Positions 16,819-26,300 of a stretch of 64,000 nt of DNA are shown piece by piece. Position numbers and translations under genes: made by a program. A model generated the notes under the pieces. That model was not told the origin of the DNA, searched no databases, and saw only the letters and a program-made list of their open reading frames with translations. Position 1 is the stretch's first letter. Each line of letters begins with the position of its first letter. The stretch is from an uncultured Synergistales bacterium (GTDB taxonomy: Bacteria; Synergistota; Synergistia; Synergistales; Aminobacteriaceae): contig CALCQG010000005.1 of NCBI GenBank assembly GCA_937897575.1, forward strand, positions 16,526-80,525. The letters run 5' to 3'.

Positions 16819-17706
16819 ATGGACCAGAAGAGAGTCGAAACGATTAAGCAGCAATACGACCTTGTTGTACATAGTGACGCCGATGCGAACATTGAGTTCT
16901 GGTACGCCAGGGAACTGATGCCGCTGCTTGGATACGAGCGTTGGGAGAATTTCGAGAACGCGATTTCACGTGCCATTGAGTCCTGTGAAACGAGTGGAGT
17001 TACGCTTTCTGATCATTTTCGTGAGGTCACGAAAATGATCACGACAGGGAAGAATGCGCAGCGACCTGTACGGGATTTTATGCTTACTCGCTATGCCTGT
17101 TACCTTATTGCTCAAAACGGCGATCCAAAAAAAGAAGAAATTGCCTTTGCGCAGAGTTACTTCGCAATCCAGACCAGAAAGCAAGAGTTGATTGAGGAGC
17201 GCATTGCTCTGATCGAGCGAACCAAGGCCCGTGGTCGCTTGAGAGAATCTGAGAAGCGACTGTCTCAAAATATATATGAACGCGGTGTGGATGATGCCGG
17301 GTTTGGCCGGATCCGTTCGAAAGGCGATCAGGCATTGTTTGGTGGCTATACGACGCAGGAGATGAAGGACAAACTCGGTGTGAAGGACACGCGTCCTCTG
17401 GCAGATTTCTTGCCTACTCTGACGATTGCCGCAAAAAATCTTGCGACAGAGATGACCAACTACAATGTCGAGGGAAAAGATCTGCACGGTGAGCCCTCCA
17501 TCACCGGTGAACATGTGCAAAACAACCGCTCCGTGCGTGAAATGTTGGGGCAGCGTGGCATTATGCCGGAGGAGTTACCGGCCTCCGAGGACATCAAGAA
17601 ACTGGAGCGGAGTGTGAAATCCCAGGAGAGAAAGATCGCGGCGGAGGCAGGAAAATTACCTGAAGCAGAGAATGGCGAGGACTCTGCGGATGATGAGGGT
17701 GTTTGA
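16819..17706 (+). CDS. dinD: DNA damage-inducible protein D (BRO-N-like domain)
   Basis: MDQKRVETIKQQYD...IEFWYARELMPLLGYERWENFENAISRA...RYACYLIAQNGDPKKEEIAFAQSYFA matches the DinD family. GC content is visibly lower than in the flanking genes. Confidence 0.85.
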   Translation: MDQKRVETIKQQYDLVVHSDADANIEFWYARELMPLLGYERWENFENAISRAIESCETSGVTLSDHFREVTKMITTGKNAQRPVRDFMLTRYACYLIAQNGDPKKEEIAFAQSYFAIQTRKQELIEERIALIERTKARGRLRESEKRLSQNIYERGVDDAGFGRIRSKGDQALFGGYTTQEMKDKLGVKDTRPLADFLPTLTIAAKNLATEMTNYNVEGKDLHGEPSITGEHVQNNRSVREMLGQRGIMPEELPASEDIKKLERSVKSQERKIAAEAGKLPEAENGEDSADDEGV

Positions 17707-17782
17707 ACCGTACTCAAGATCACGTTTACAGGGTCTCAACTGATCGGGATGGGTAAATCGCCTCCCAGCGGATGGACGGCCA

Positions 17783-17820
17783 GCCCGCCGAGCCCTGATG
17801 GGCTCGGCGGGCCGCTGTTT
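17783..17820 (+). terminator. intrinsic terminator after dinD
   Basis: Perfect 13-bp stem GCCCGCCGAGCCC-tgat-GGGCTCGGCGGGC, followed by cgCTGTTTG. Confidence 0.55.
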
Positions 17821-17854
17821 GCTGAGGGGGCGAAAAGCCGTCCGGCATGGAGCA

Positions 17855-17911
17855 CATGACCGCACTATGAAGCCCAAAGGGTGCCTACGGTGTGTCGGAG
17901 CGTATCCCGGA
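17855..17911 (+). repeat. copy A of a roughly 57-nt repeat flanking the wzz-like gene
   Basis: CATGACCGCACtATGAAGCCCaAAGGG..GGTGtG.GTCGGAGCGTATCCCGGA. About 80-85% identical by eye to 19468-19525. Confidence 0.7.
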
Positions 17912-18123
17912 CGAACCGCGAAGCCGCCCGGCGCACGCGTTTTGGTTCAGATGCGCTCCTGGAGCGGAGTGGAGAGGATAAGAACCGACAATCTGCCTCA
18001 ACGATGAAATGTTCCTGTCGTATTGCTTCACTTCTATGGGATGTGATAAAATTTTGAAGAATGCGTTGTAATTCACAAAGTTATATTAGGGAGGGAGTAG
18101 GGTGAATCTCGAAAACGCCGAAT

Positions 18124-19449
18124 ATGCTGAATATTCATCGGGGGGGGGGCGAGATTGACCTAGCGGAGATTTTGTCCCTCTTATGGGGAAAGCGGCGGCT
18201 CATCGTTGCAGTGGCTGTGTTTTTCATGCTGGCAGGGGTTGCCTATGCGATTCTGACCCCCCGTGTTTACGAGGCTCGAATAGCTTTACTCATCCTCCCT
18301 CCAATTCCATCGGAGATTACCGGAGAACAGAAGGCGAGCGGCGCTTCAGTCTTCACCCCGGATATTTACATAGACCTTGCGAGGGCGCGGGATCTTATGC
18401 AGGGCGTTATAATGGAAACGCTCCCGAAAGACAACTCTCGACCAAATGTGGAAGTCTTTTCAGATAATTTCAAGATAACGGTCAATAAGTCCTCCGAAAC
18501 GTACACGAAAGATGTTCAGACTCCCCGCGCTTCCATCGCCCCACTGTCACTGACGCTCACGGCCACGCTCAGAGGCCGTGACAGACACATCCTTCCGGCC
18601 CTGCTCTCCGCCTGGAGCGATGCCTTCATAAAAAAGAACTCCCAGCTTTTTTACGGGCGCGCTGCCCAATCCTTTGAATACCTTCAAGAAACACTTCTCG
18701 TGACGAAGAAAAATCTGGAAGAGGCAGAGGACGCCCTTTTTTCCTATCGTAAAGAAAACCCCGTGTCGGTCCTGCAAATCCAACTGGAGACCATGAAATC
18801 CCTTCACGGCGAGTTTCTGGCGGATTATACCAGAAAATTGCGAGGCATCGCTCCCCTGGAGGCGCAGATACAACTTGTCCGTTCGCTGATCGAGAGTGAA
18901 CCGGAGAGAAAGACCCTCAAACGGGGGATGTCGAAGGAGGCGCTCTGGAATTATCTCGCTCAGAAGCTCGGACCGGAGGAACTGCGTCAAATTGAAGAAC
19001 TCGACATCATGGACGAGTTCCTGAACACGCACTACGCCTCATTAAAGGCTAAACTTCAAGAGTACGAAATCGGACTCACTGCTCTCAAGGCGTCGATTGC
19101 AGATCTCAATAATCACATCATGTCCACGGAGAAGGAGTATGAAACGAAACAGTCCCGTCTGCTTCAGATAGGGCTCGATATGGAGCGTTTGACTCGGACG
19201 GAAACAGTCCTTCAAGGGGCCTACGATGTATTGGCACAGAAGTATCAGGCCTCGAAGATAGCGGTAGCGGACGCTGCGGATTCGATTCGGGTCATCGAGC
19301 ACCCTGTTATGCCCGAGAGACCTGTAGCACCTCAGAGAAAGCTGATAGTCGTCCTCTCATCGGTGATCGGGGTGTTCGCCGGCTTATTCGCGGGATTCGT
19401 GTCTTGCTACGTTGAGAATTACGAAAAGAGGGCACCTGCCGAGTCCTGA
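18124..19449 (+). CDS. Wzz/GumC-type polysaccharide chain-length determinant (PCP) family protein
   Basis: EIDLAEILSLLWGKRRLIVAVAVFFMLAGVAYAI (Wzz N-terminal motif plus TM1), a long coiled-coil periplasmic region, then proline-rich ..HPVMPERPVAPQRKLIVVLSSVIGVFAGLFAGF (TM2). ATG 18124 has no SD. See the G10 tract finding for the alternative GTG 18102 start. Confidence 0.8.
   Translation: MLNIHRGGGEIDLAEILSLLWGKRRLIVAVAVFFMLAGVAYAILTPRVYEARIALLILPPIPSEITGEQKASGASVFTPDIYIDLARARDLMQGVIMETLPKDNSRPNVEVFSDNFKITVNKSSETYTKDVQTPRASIAPLSLTLTATLRGRDRHILPALLSAWSDAFIKKNSQLFYGRAAQSFEYLQETLLVTKKNLEEAEDALFSYRKENPVSVLQIQLETMKSLHGEFLADYTRKLRGIAPLEAQIQLVRSLIESEPERKTLKRGMSKEALWNYLAQKLGPEELRQIEELDIMDEFLNTHYASLKAKLQEYEIGLTALKASIADLNNHIMSTEKEYETKQSRLLQIGLDMERLTRTETVLQGAYDVLAQKYQASKIAVADAADSIRVIEHPVMPERPVAPQRKLIVVLSSVIGVFAGLFAGFVSCYVENYEKRAPAES
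18140..18149 (+). repeat. homopolymeric G10 tract at the 5' end of the wzz-like gene
   Basis: Ten consecutive G (tcatcGGGGGGGGGGcgag), counted directly from the sequence. Confidence 0.95.
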
Positions 19450-19467
19450 CGGGGTCGCCATAGGTCC

Positions 19468-19525
19468 CATGACCGCACGATGAAGCCCGAAGGGCCCTAT
19501 GGTGCGAGTCGGAGCGTATCCCGGA
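19468..19525 (+). repeat. copy B of the roughly 57-nt repeat flanking the wzz-like gene
   Basis: CATGACCGCACgATGAAGCCCgAAGGG..GGTGCGAGTCGGAGCGTATCCCGGA. Direct repeat of 17855-17911. Confidence 0.7.
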
Positions 19526-19545
19526 GCGCAGCGACGGGGACGACC

Positions 19546-19587
19546 GGCACGAAACGGCGAGCTTCCGGAAGCTCGTCGTTTCGTGCC
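19546..19587. terminator. long hairpin between the convergent wzz-like and KAS III genes (possible bidirectional terminator)
   Basis: GGCACGAAACGGCGAGCTTC-cgga-GAAGCTCGTCGTTTCGTGCC forms a 20-bp stem with one G.U pair. There is no clear U-tract. Confidence 0.45.
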
Positions 19588-19742
19588 GTCTACTGCCCCT
19601 CGAAATTCATCTCGGGACCGTATCTGACGTAACAGACACTGCACCTCTTGGCCCCGTCAGGAGCCAAGAAGTACGGTGATCGCTATCCTTGGAACAGCGT
19701 GGAAGGGGCGACGGGACTTTTCTCGAAAGTCCCGTCGGTCAT

Positions 19743-20759
19743 CTACTGCCACTCCAGAATCGTGCAGCCCCAGGAGTACCCCACGCCGAAGCCGGCGATG
19801 AGGACCTTGTCGCCGGGCCGAAGGACCCCCTCGTCGGCGGCGTCCCGCAGGGCGATAGGGATGGTGGAGCTCACCGTGTTCCCCTTCTTCTCCATGTTCT
19901 TGTAGACCTTGTCCTCCGGGATGCCCATCTCCTCCCGCAGGTTGTCCAGGATGAGACGGGTGGCCTGATGGAAAACCACGAGGGCGATGTCGTCCATGAC
20001 GAGGCCGTGTCGGCTCATGATCTCATTTATGGCCGGAGGGACGGCCTCGAGGGTGAACTTGAGCACCTCGGGGCCGTTCATGTAGATGTTCTCGGCGCTT
20101 CGGGTGTTGCCCCATCGGTTGGTCCTGGTCTCGGCCGTCTCGGCGGAGCGGGGGCTGGCCCAGGCGCCCGCCGGGATGATGAGGTTGTCCTTGCCGCTGC
20201 CGTCGGTGCCGAGCACGAACTGGCCGATGCCGTCGGTCTCGGACCGGACTACGAGGGTCGCGGCGGCTCCGTCGCCGAAGATGGTGCGGGTGCTCTTGTC
20301 CCCGGGGTTGATGGACCTCGTGATGGTGTCTGCCGTGATGAGGAGGACCCGGTCGGCGAGGTCCGCGGCGATGAGCCCCTTGGCCAGGGACAGGCCGTAG
20401 ACGAAGCCCGAGCACCCCAGGTTGAAGTCCAGGGCGCCGGCGGAACTCCTGAGCCCCAGGCGGGCGTGGACCACGCAGGCCGTGGCGGGGAGGAAGTAGT
20501 CCGGGAATTCGGTGCAGAGGAGCAGGAAGTCGATGCTCTCCGGCGGGACGCCGGACTCGGCGAGGAGCTTCTTGCCTGCGGCGGCGGCCAGGTCGGACAC
20601 CAGCTCTCCGTCCACGACGCGGCGCTCCCGGACGCCCGTCTTCAGGTAGATCTTCTCCTCGGACCAGACGCCGAACTCCCGGACGAGAGCCTCGTTGTCC
20701 AGCACCTTGTCGGGCAGGTGGTAGGAAATGTGCGCTATTGCCGCTCCGGTTTTTCTCAT
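19743..20759 (-). CDS. 3-oxoacyl-ACP synthase III (KAS III / FabH-like) family protein
   Basis: FNLGCSGFVYGLSLA (active-site Cys), VVFHQATRLILD (His), KGNTVSSTIPIAL (Asn), GFGVGYSWG at the C-terminus. Confidence 0.85.
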   Translation of the reverse strand: MRKTGAAIAHISYHLPDKVLDNEALVREFGVWSEEKIYLKTGVRERRVVDGELVSDLAAAAGKKLLAESGVPPESIDFLLLCTEFPDYFLPATACVVHARLGLRSSAGALDFNLGCSGFVYGLSLAKGLIAADLADRVLLITADTITRSINPGDKSTRTIFGDGAAATLVVRSETDGIGQFVLGTDGSGKDNLIIPAGAWASPRSAETAETRTNRWGNTRSAENIYMNGPEVLKFTLEAVPPAINEIMSRHGLVMDDIALVVFHQATRLILDNLREEMGIPEDKVYKNMEKKGNTVSSTIPIALRDAADEGVLRPGDKVLIAGFGVGYSWGCTILEWQ

Positions 20760-21127
20760 CTCTCGGCGCTCCTCTCGGGTGCATACTCATGGGGAATTAT
20801 CCCATGGCCCTCGTGCCTCTGACAAGGGTGGGACCGAGACGGCACTTGCAAAGATGACCAAGGTGGAATAGAGTTATGAGATATCTGAACAGTATGATCT
20901 GCCGTCAGACCGTGGCGTCGCGCCATGGGGCTCATTGTCCTGAACTCCCGTGTTTTCCGGGCTGCTCGGGAGGGTTCTTCGCCCTCCTCCGACACCCGTC
21001 GGGGTACACGGACTTCGAAGCGCAGGGGTTTCGGGCATCGGCCGGCAGGCCTGCCGCAGACGAAACGCGGTCGGCGGGTGCCATACGGCCTCGACAGGCG
21101 AAGCGCCTCTCTTCAGGAGGGATATCT

Positions 21128-21805
21128 GTGGCCGGGACGGACTACTACGCTCTCAACCTGAACTCCCAGAGCCTGTTTCGGGTCTACGACACGGCGATCC
21201 CGAGGGTCAGGCGATATCTCCAGGCGGAGATGGACTTCGTCAAGAGGCGTCTGAACGGATCGGAGAGGGTCCTTGAGGTCGGCGCCGGGTATGGGCGAAT
21301 CCTCAGGGAGCTGGCACCCTCCGCCCACTCCCTGGTCGGGGTGGACATATCCGAGGATTCGGTGCGCTTCGGCCGCGAATTTCTGAAGAACTGCGCCAAC
21401 GTTCGGCTCGAGGTGATGGATGGGCATCATCTCGATTTCAGGGACGAGTTCGACGCGGTCCTCTGCCTGCAAAACGGGCTCTCCGCCATGAAGGGCGAGG
21501 CCTCTCGGATAGTCAGCGGCTGCCTGAAGGCCGCCCGTCCGGGCGGGAGAGCTTTTTTCAGCACCTACAGCGGCAAATTCTGGGAACACCGGCTGGCCTG
21601 GTTCGAAGAGCAGGCAGAGAAGGGTCTGTTGGGCGAAATAGACAGGGAGCGGACTCGGGACGGCGTCATCGTCTGCAAGGACGGCTTCCGGGCCAGGACC
21701 TTCACGGAAGAGGACCTCATCGCACTGGGGCAGTCGTCGGGGTACGGATACCAGGTTCAGGAGGTGGATGAATCCAGCCTTTTTCTTGTCATCACCAAAT
21801 CCTGA
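21128..21805 (+). CDS. class I SAM-dependent methyltransferase
   Basis: GTG 21128 lies 7 nt after AGGAGGG. SAM-binding motif VLEVGAGYGRI, then DAVLCLQNGL. The upstream part of track ORF 20876 looks non-coding. Confidence 0.8.
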   Translation: MAGTDYYALNLNSQSLFRVYDTAIPRVRRYLQAEMDFVKRRLNGSERVLEVGAGYGRILRELAPSAHSLVGVDISEDSVRFGREFLKNCANVRLEVMDGHHLDFRDEFDAVLCLQNGLSAMKGEASRIVSGCLKAARPGGRAFFSTYSGKFWEHRLAWFEEQAEKGLLGEIDRERTRDGVIVCKDGFRARTFTEEDLIALGQSSGYGYQVQEVDESSLFLVITKS

Positions 21806-22037
21806 CCGCGAAGAGGGGGGCCTGCAACGGGCTCTTTTCGCGAAGAACCGCATATCCGGCGATCGGTCGTCGGTACGACGCCGATGCCGTCCTGTGCTTC
21901 CGAGGGGTCCGGAACGGGGCCGGACCCCTCGGCACCGCTGAAACGCGCTTGTGCTCCACGAGACCACCATCATGGAAGGGAGTGGGTACAGTGACACGAA
22001 GACAGCACCATTTCCCTGCGGATATGAGGGGGACGCC

Positions 22038-23348
22038 ATGATAAGCCAGAAGATATCCTTTATCCACTGCGCGGACCTTCACCTCGACAGCCCCTTCGTC
22101 GGCCTGTCGGATATCTCCCAGCCACTGGGCACCAGACTTCGCAAGGCGACCTTCCAGGCCTTCGAAAACGTCGTCTCCTACGCCATAAAAAACCGTTCTG
22201 ACTTCCTCGTCATCTCGGGCGACATCTACGACGGCGCCGACAGAAGCGTCCGGGCCCAGGTCTTCCTGCTCAACCAGCTCAAGCGGCTCTCCGATGCGGG
22301 TATCCCCTCCTTCATCGCCCACGGAAACCACGACGCCCTCTCGGGGTGGGAGATGGACAGAGACCTTCCGCCCCTGGCCACGCGTTTCGGTCCCGAGGTG
22401 GAGTCCGTCCCGCTCGTCCTGCGGGGCGAGACCGTGGGGACGGTCCACGGGTACAGCTACCCCGTGCGGGACGTCGGCGGAAACATAGCGGCGGACTTCG
22501 CGGGCCGGCGGGGCGAAGGGCTGAACATCGCCGTGCTCCACTGCAACGTGGGCGGCCGGCCGGACTACGAGAACTACGCGCCCTGCTCCCTGGACGACCT
22601 CCGGGCGGCGGGCATGGACTACTGGGCCCTGGGGCACATCCACGCCGCCGAGATCGTGCACTACGACCCCCTGGTGGTCTACCCGGGCAACACCCAGGGC
22701 AGGAGCATCCGCGAGACGGGGAAGAAGGGTTTCTACTCCGTCACCATCACGCCCGCGTCGGGGTCCGTCCCGGCGGCGGGGAGCGCGGAGTTCGTCCCCT
22801 GCGACGTGATCCGCTGGCGGGACGAGGAGCTCTCCATCGAGGGGATGCAGCGCGACGAGGACCTCTTCACGGCCATCGAGAGCGTGAAGGAGCGGGTTCG
22901 CCATGACAGCGCCGGGCGGCCCACGCTTCTTCGGGTGCGGCTTTCGGGCCGGGGACGGCTCCACGAGCAGCTCGGCCGCCCCGGGTTTCTCGCCGGCGCC
23001 GACGGCCTCAGAGGGACCTTCAACGAGCACGAGGAGGACCGGCCGGACTTCGTCTCCATCGAGCGGATATCCAGCGTCACGGCGCCGCCTCTGGACACGG
23101 ACTCCCTCATGTCCGGGGACCACTTCGTCGCCGACTTCCTCAAGGAGGCGGCCTCCTTCAGGGAGCGGGGTGACCTGCGTTCCGGCGTCCGGGCCATCCT
23201 CGAGGAGGACGGCCTCATGGGGCGCCTCGCCTCGCGGGAGATCCAGCAGCGTCTGGACGCCTTCTCGGACGAACAGCTGGCGGAGCTGGTGAACCGCGGC
23301 GCCTACGCCGCCCTGACCCAACTGCTCGAAGGGGAGGATGCGTCATGA
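22038..23348 (+). CDS. SbcD/Mre11-like metallophosphoesterase (YhaO-type DNA repair exonuclease)
   Basis: FIHCADLHLD, VISGDIYD, AHGNHD and GHIH are the calcineurin-like nuclease motifs. Start at ATG 22038. Confidence 0.85.
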   Translation: MISQKISFIHCADLHLDSPFVGLSDISQPLGTRLRKATFQAFENVVSYAIKNRSDFLVISGDIYDGADRSVRAQVFLLNQLKRLSDAGIPSFIAHGNHDALSGWEMDRDLPPLATRFGPEVESVPLVLRGETVGTVHGYSYPVRDVGGNIAADFAGRRGEGLNIAVLHCNVGGRPDYENYAPCSLDDLRAAGMDYWALGHIHAAEIVHYDPLVVYPGNTQGRSIRETGKKGFYSVTITPASGSVPAAGSAEFVPCDVIRWRDEELSIEGMQRDEDLFTAIESVKERVRHDSAGRPTLLRVRLSGRGRLHEQLGRPGFLAGADGLRGTFNEHEEDRPDFVSIERISSVTAPPLDTDSLMSGDHFVADFLKEAASFRERGDLRSGVRAILEEDGLMGRLASREIQQRLDAFSDEQLAELVNRGAYAALTQLLEGEDAS

Positions 23349-26300
23349 AGATCCGGGACTTTTTCGTCAGCAGCTTCGGCATTTTTTCGGGCGACGGCGC
23401 CTCGCTCTCCAAGGGGCTCACCGTCTTCGAAGGGGAGAACGAGAGCGGCAAGACGACGCTCATGAACTTCTTCCGGAGGGTCCTCTTCCCCAGGGAGCGG
23501 TACACCAGGAACAGGGGGAACGCCTACGAGCCCGTGAAGGGCGGCAAGCAGGGCGGCCACGTCCGCATCCGCATGGAGAGCGGCGACGAGTACCTGCTGC
23601 TCCTTGACGGGGCGAAGAACTTCATCTCGGCCCCCAACGGCTCCGAGACCGCGGAGATGCCCATGAACTTCCTCTCCATCAACCGGGACATCTACGAGAG
23701 CGTCTTCGCCATGGGTCTTCCGGACATGCAGTCCCTGGCCCCGCTGAACTCGTCGGACGTGGCGGCCCGGTTCTTCGCCGCGGGGGCGGGTCTTGGCTCG
23801 GCGTCCCTGCCGAAGCTGATGACCTCCCTGGAGGCCCGGCAGAACGAGCTCTACCGTCCGGGGAACGCGCGGAGCGTCTCGGCGGTCAACCAGCTCCTCG
23901 CGTCGCTGAACGACGTGGACGGCAGGATTCGGGCCATATGGGAGCAGAACGGGGCCTGGAGCGAGAAGAAGCAGACCCTCCGGGACATGGAGCGGACGCT
24001 CGAGGAGAAGAAGGCGGCCCTGGCCGCTCTGAAGGAGCGCCTCGGGACCCTGGACCTTATGGAGAAGGGGCGGGCGGCCTGGGGCGCCCTGACGGAGATC
24101 CGGCGCAAGCTCGGAGAGCTCTCGGACCTGCACCCCTTCCCCGAGGACGGCATCGCCCGGCTGGAGCGACTGGACGAGAACCGCCAGCGTCTCGCCAAGC
24201 AGGTCGCCCGCGTGGAGGAGGAGCTGAACGCCAGAGAGAGCCAGCTTCGCGAGCTCGAGGGCGATCCTCTGATGGTCTGCCTCGAGTCGTCGGAGGTCAT
24301 CGAGTCCCTGGAGCAGGAGAGCGAGCGCTTCCGGTCCTCCCTCGAACAGCGCGCGCTCCTCGAGAAGGACGGCACGACGGGGGAGCGGCTTTTCCTGAAG
24401 AACCTCTCGGACCTCTGCTCCTGGTGGACGGAGGAGCATCTCGTGAACGCCGACGCCTCGAGCAGCGCCGAGGCCTACGCCCGGCGGGTGGCCGAGGAGA
24501 AGGACGCCCTGGAACGGCGGCGCAGCGAGGGGGAGAAGTCCCTCGCCCAGTGGAACCGCCTCCGGGACGACCGGCGCAGCGAGGACGCCCAGCTGAAGAA
24601 GGAGATGGGCTCCGTGGAGGCCCAGGCGGGCCGGGCTACGGAGCGCTGGAGCGGTATTTCAAGCCTGAAGTCCCTGTTCGACGATCTTCAGGACGGCGAG
24701 GCGAAGCTGAACGTCCTGGAGGAGGACGGGAAGAAGCTCGAAGCGGAGCGGGAGGCGGCCCTGCGCGAGGAGCCGGCGGCCCCCGGGACGCTGGTGGGCC
24801 TCGTGGCGACGGTCCTGCTCGCCGTGGGCGGCGGGGCGGCCTATCAGGCCTACCTCACCTCCGACAGGGCCTGGATCTTCGGGGCGGGGGCCCTCTTCTT
24901 CTCGTCGATTCTCGCCTTCTCGGCCCACAGGGACCAGAAGCGCAAGCACGAGGCGGGGCGGGAGCTGTGGCAGGCCAGGGTGGCCGACATCGATGCCCGT
25001 GAGGCCGACAGGGCGTCCCTCGTGGGCGACCAGTCCGCCGCCCTCGACGCCCTTCGCGAACAGGGGGCGGAGATCGCCTCCCGGATCGGCGTCCCCTTCC
25101 CCGAGAGCGACGAGGAGATGGATGCCCTCGTGGCCGAGGGCGAGATGGACAACGTGGCCCACGAGCGGTTCACCGTCCTCGGGGAGAGAAGCCGGCAGAT
25201 GGCGTCCGTGCTGGCCCGGATGGACAGCGAAGGGGACGACATGGAGCGGGATCTCGCCGCGACCATGAAGCGCTACGACTCCCTGCAGGAGGGCTGGCGG
25301 CAGTGGCTCGCGGGCCGAAAGTACGACCAGCAGCTCGAGCCCAGGGACATGCCGGGGTACATCGCCCGGGTGCTCCAGCTCCGCTCCGAGCGGGGCGCCG
25401 TCGAGGCGCGCCGCCGGGAGACGGAGGGGCTCGACGGCTACATCGCCGAGGTGCGGGGCCGCATCACGGGCCTGACGAACTGCTTCGCGGCCATGGGGTC
25501 CGACGTGCCCGGAGAGCCGGACGAGTCCACGATTCACGCCCTCTTTGCGGCCCTCAGAAGGGCCCAGGAGAAGCAGGGGGCCGTGGAGGCCCTCCGGAAG
25601 GAGATCCGGTCCATCCGCTCGCTGGTCGACGAACAGCGAGCCGAGATGGGCGACGCGGACGCGCGGTGCGAGGAGCTTCTGGCCCACGCGGGCGCGAACG
25701 GCGAGGAGGGTTTCAGATCCCTGGCGGCGCAGTGGAACGAGAGGAAAAACCTCCAGACGGAGGAGTTCCAGGAGCGAAAGGTCCTTCTCGGGCTCTTCGG
25801 CAACGAGGAGGCCCTCGACCGGGCGGCCGGGGAGCTCTCGTCCCGGTCGGCACCGGAGATCAGCGCGGAGAACGAACAGAAACGGGCCGAAATCTCGGCC
25901 CTGGAGGCCGAGACGGAGGCCCTGGCCGACGGGAAGAGCCGCCTCGCCCTCGAGGTGGAGCAGATCTCGGCCGACGAGCGGCTCAGCGAGCTGCTCTTCG
26001 AGCGGAAGGAGACGGAGCAGAGGCTGGACGACGCCCTTGGCGACTGGCTGTCCGTCTTCCTGACCAGACACTTCCTCGAGGCCTCCAAGGCCAAGCACGA
26101 ACGGGAGCGCCAGCCGGAGGTGATCCGGCGGGCGGGGCTCTACCTCTCCCTGATGACCAACGACCGGTACACCCTGCTCTCCGAGGGTGCGGAGCAGGGC
26201 CTCTCCGTCGTCCTCGAGGAGAAGGACCCCTCGAGAGCGAGGAAGGACGAGCTCAAGTGGAGCGCGGGCCTGGGCGACCAGGTCTACCTCTCCATGCGCC

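Noticed and set aside
18054-18087. Promoter for the wzz-like gene (TTGAAG ... TATATT).
   Set aside because: The spacing between the candidate -35 and -10 hexamers is about 22 nt, too long for a standard sigma70 promoter. No better pair was found.
20876-21127. Upstream 84-codon extension of the methyltransferase ORF (track ORF starts at 20876).
   Set aside because: The extension is Arg/Ser/Gly-rich with no methyltransferase similarity. A GTG with a strong AGGAGGG SD at 21128 gives a normal-length enzyme.
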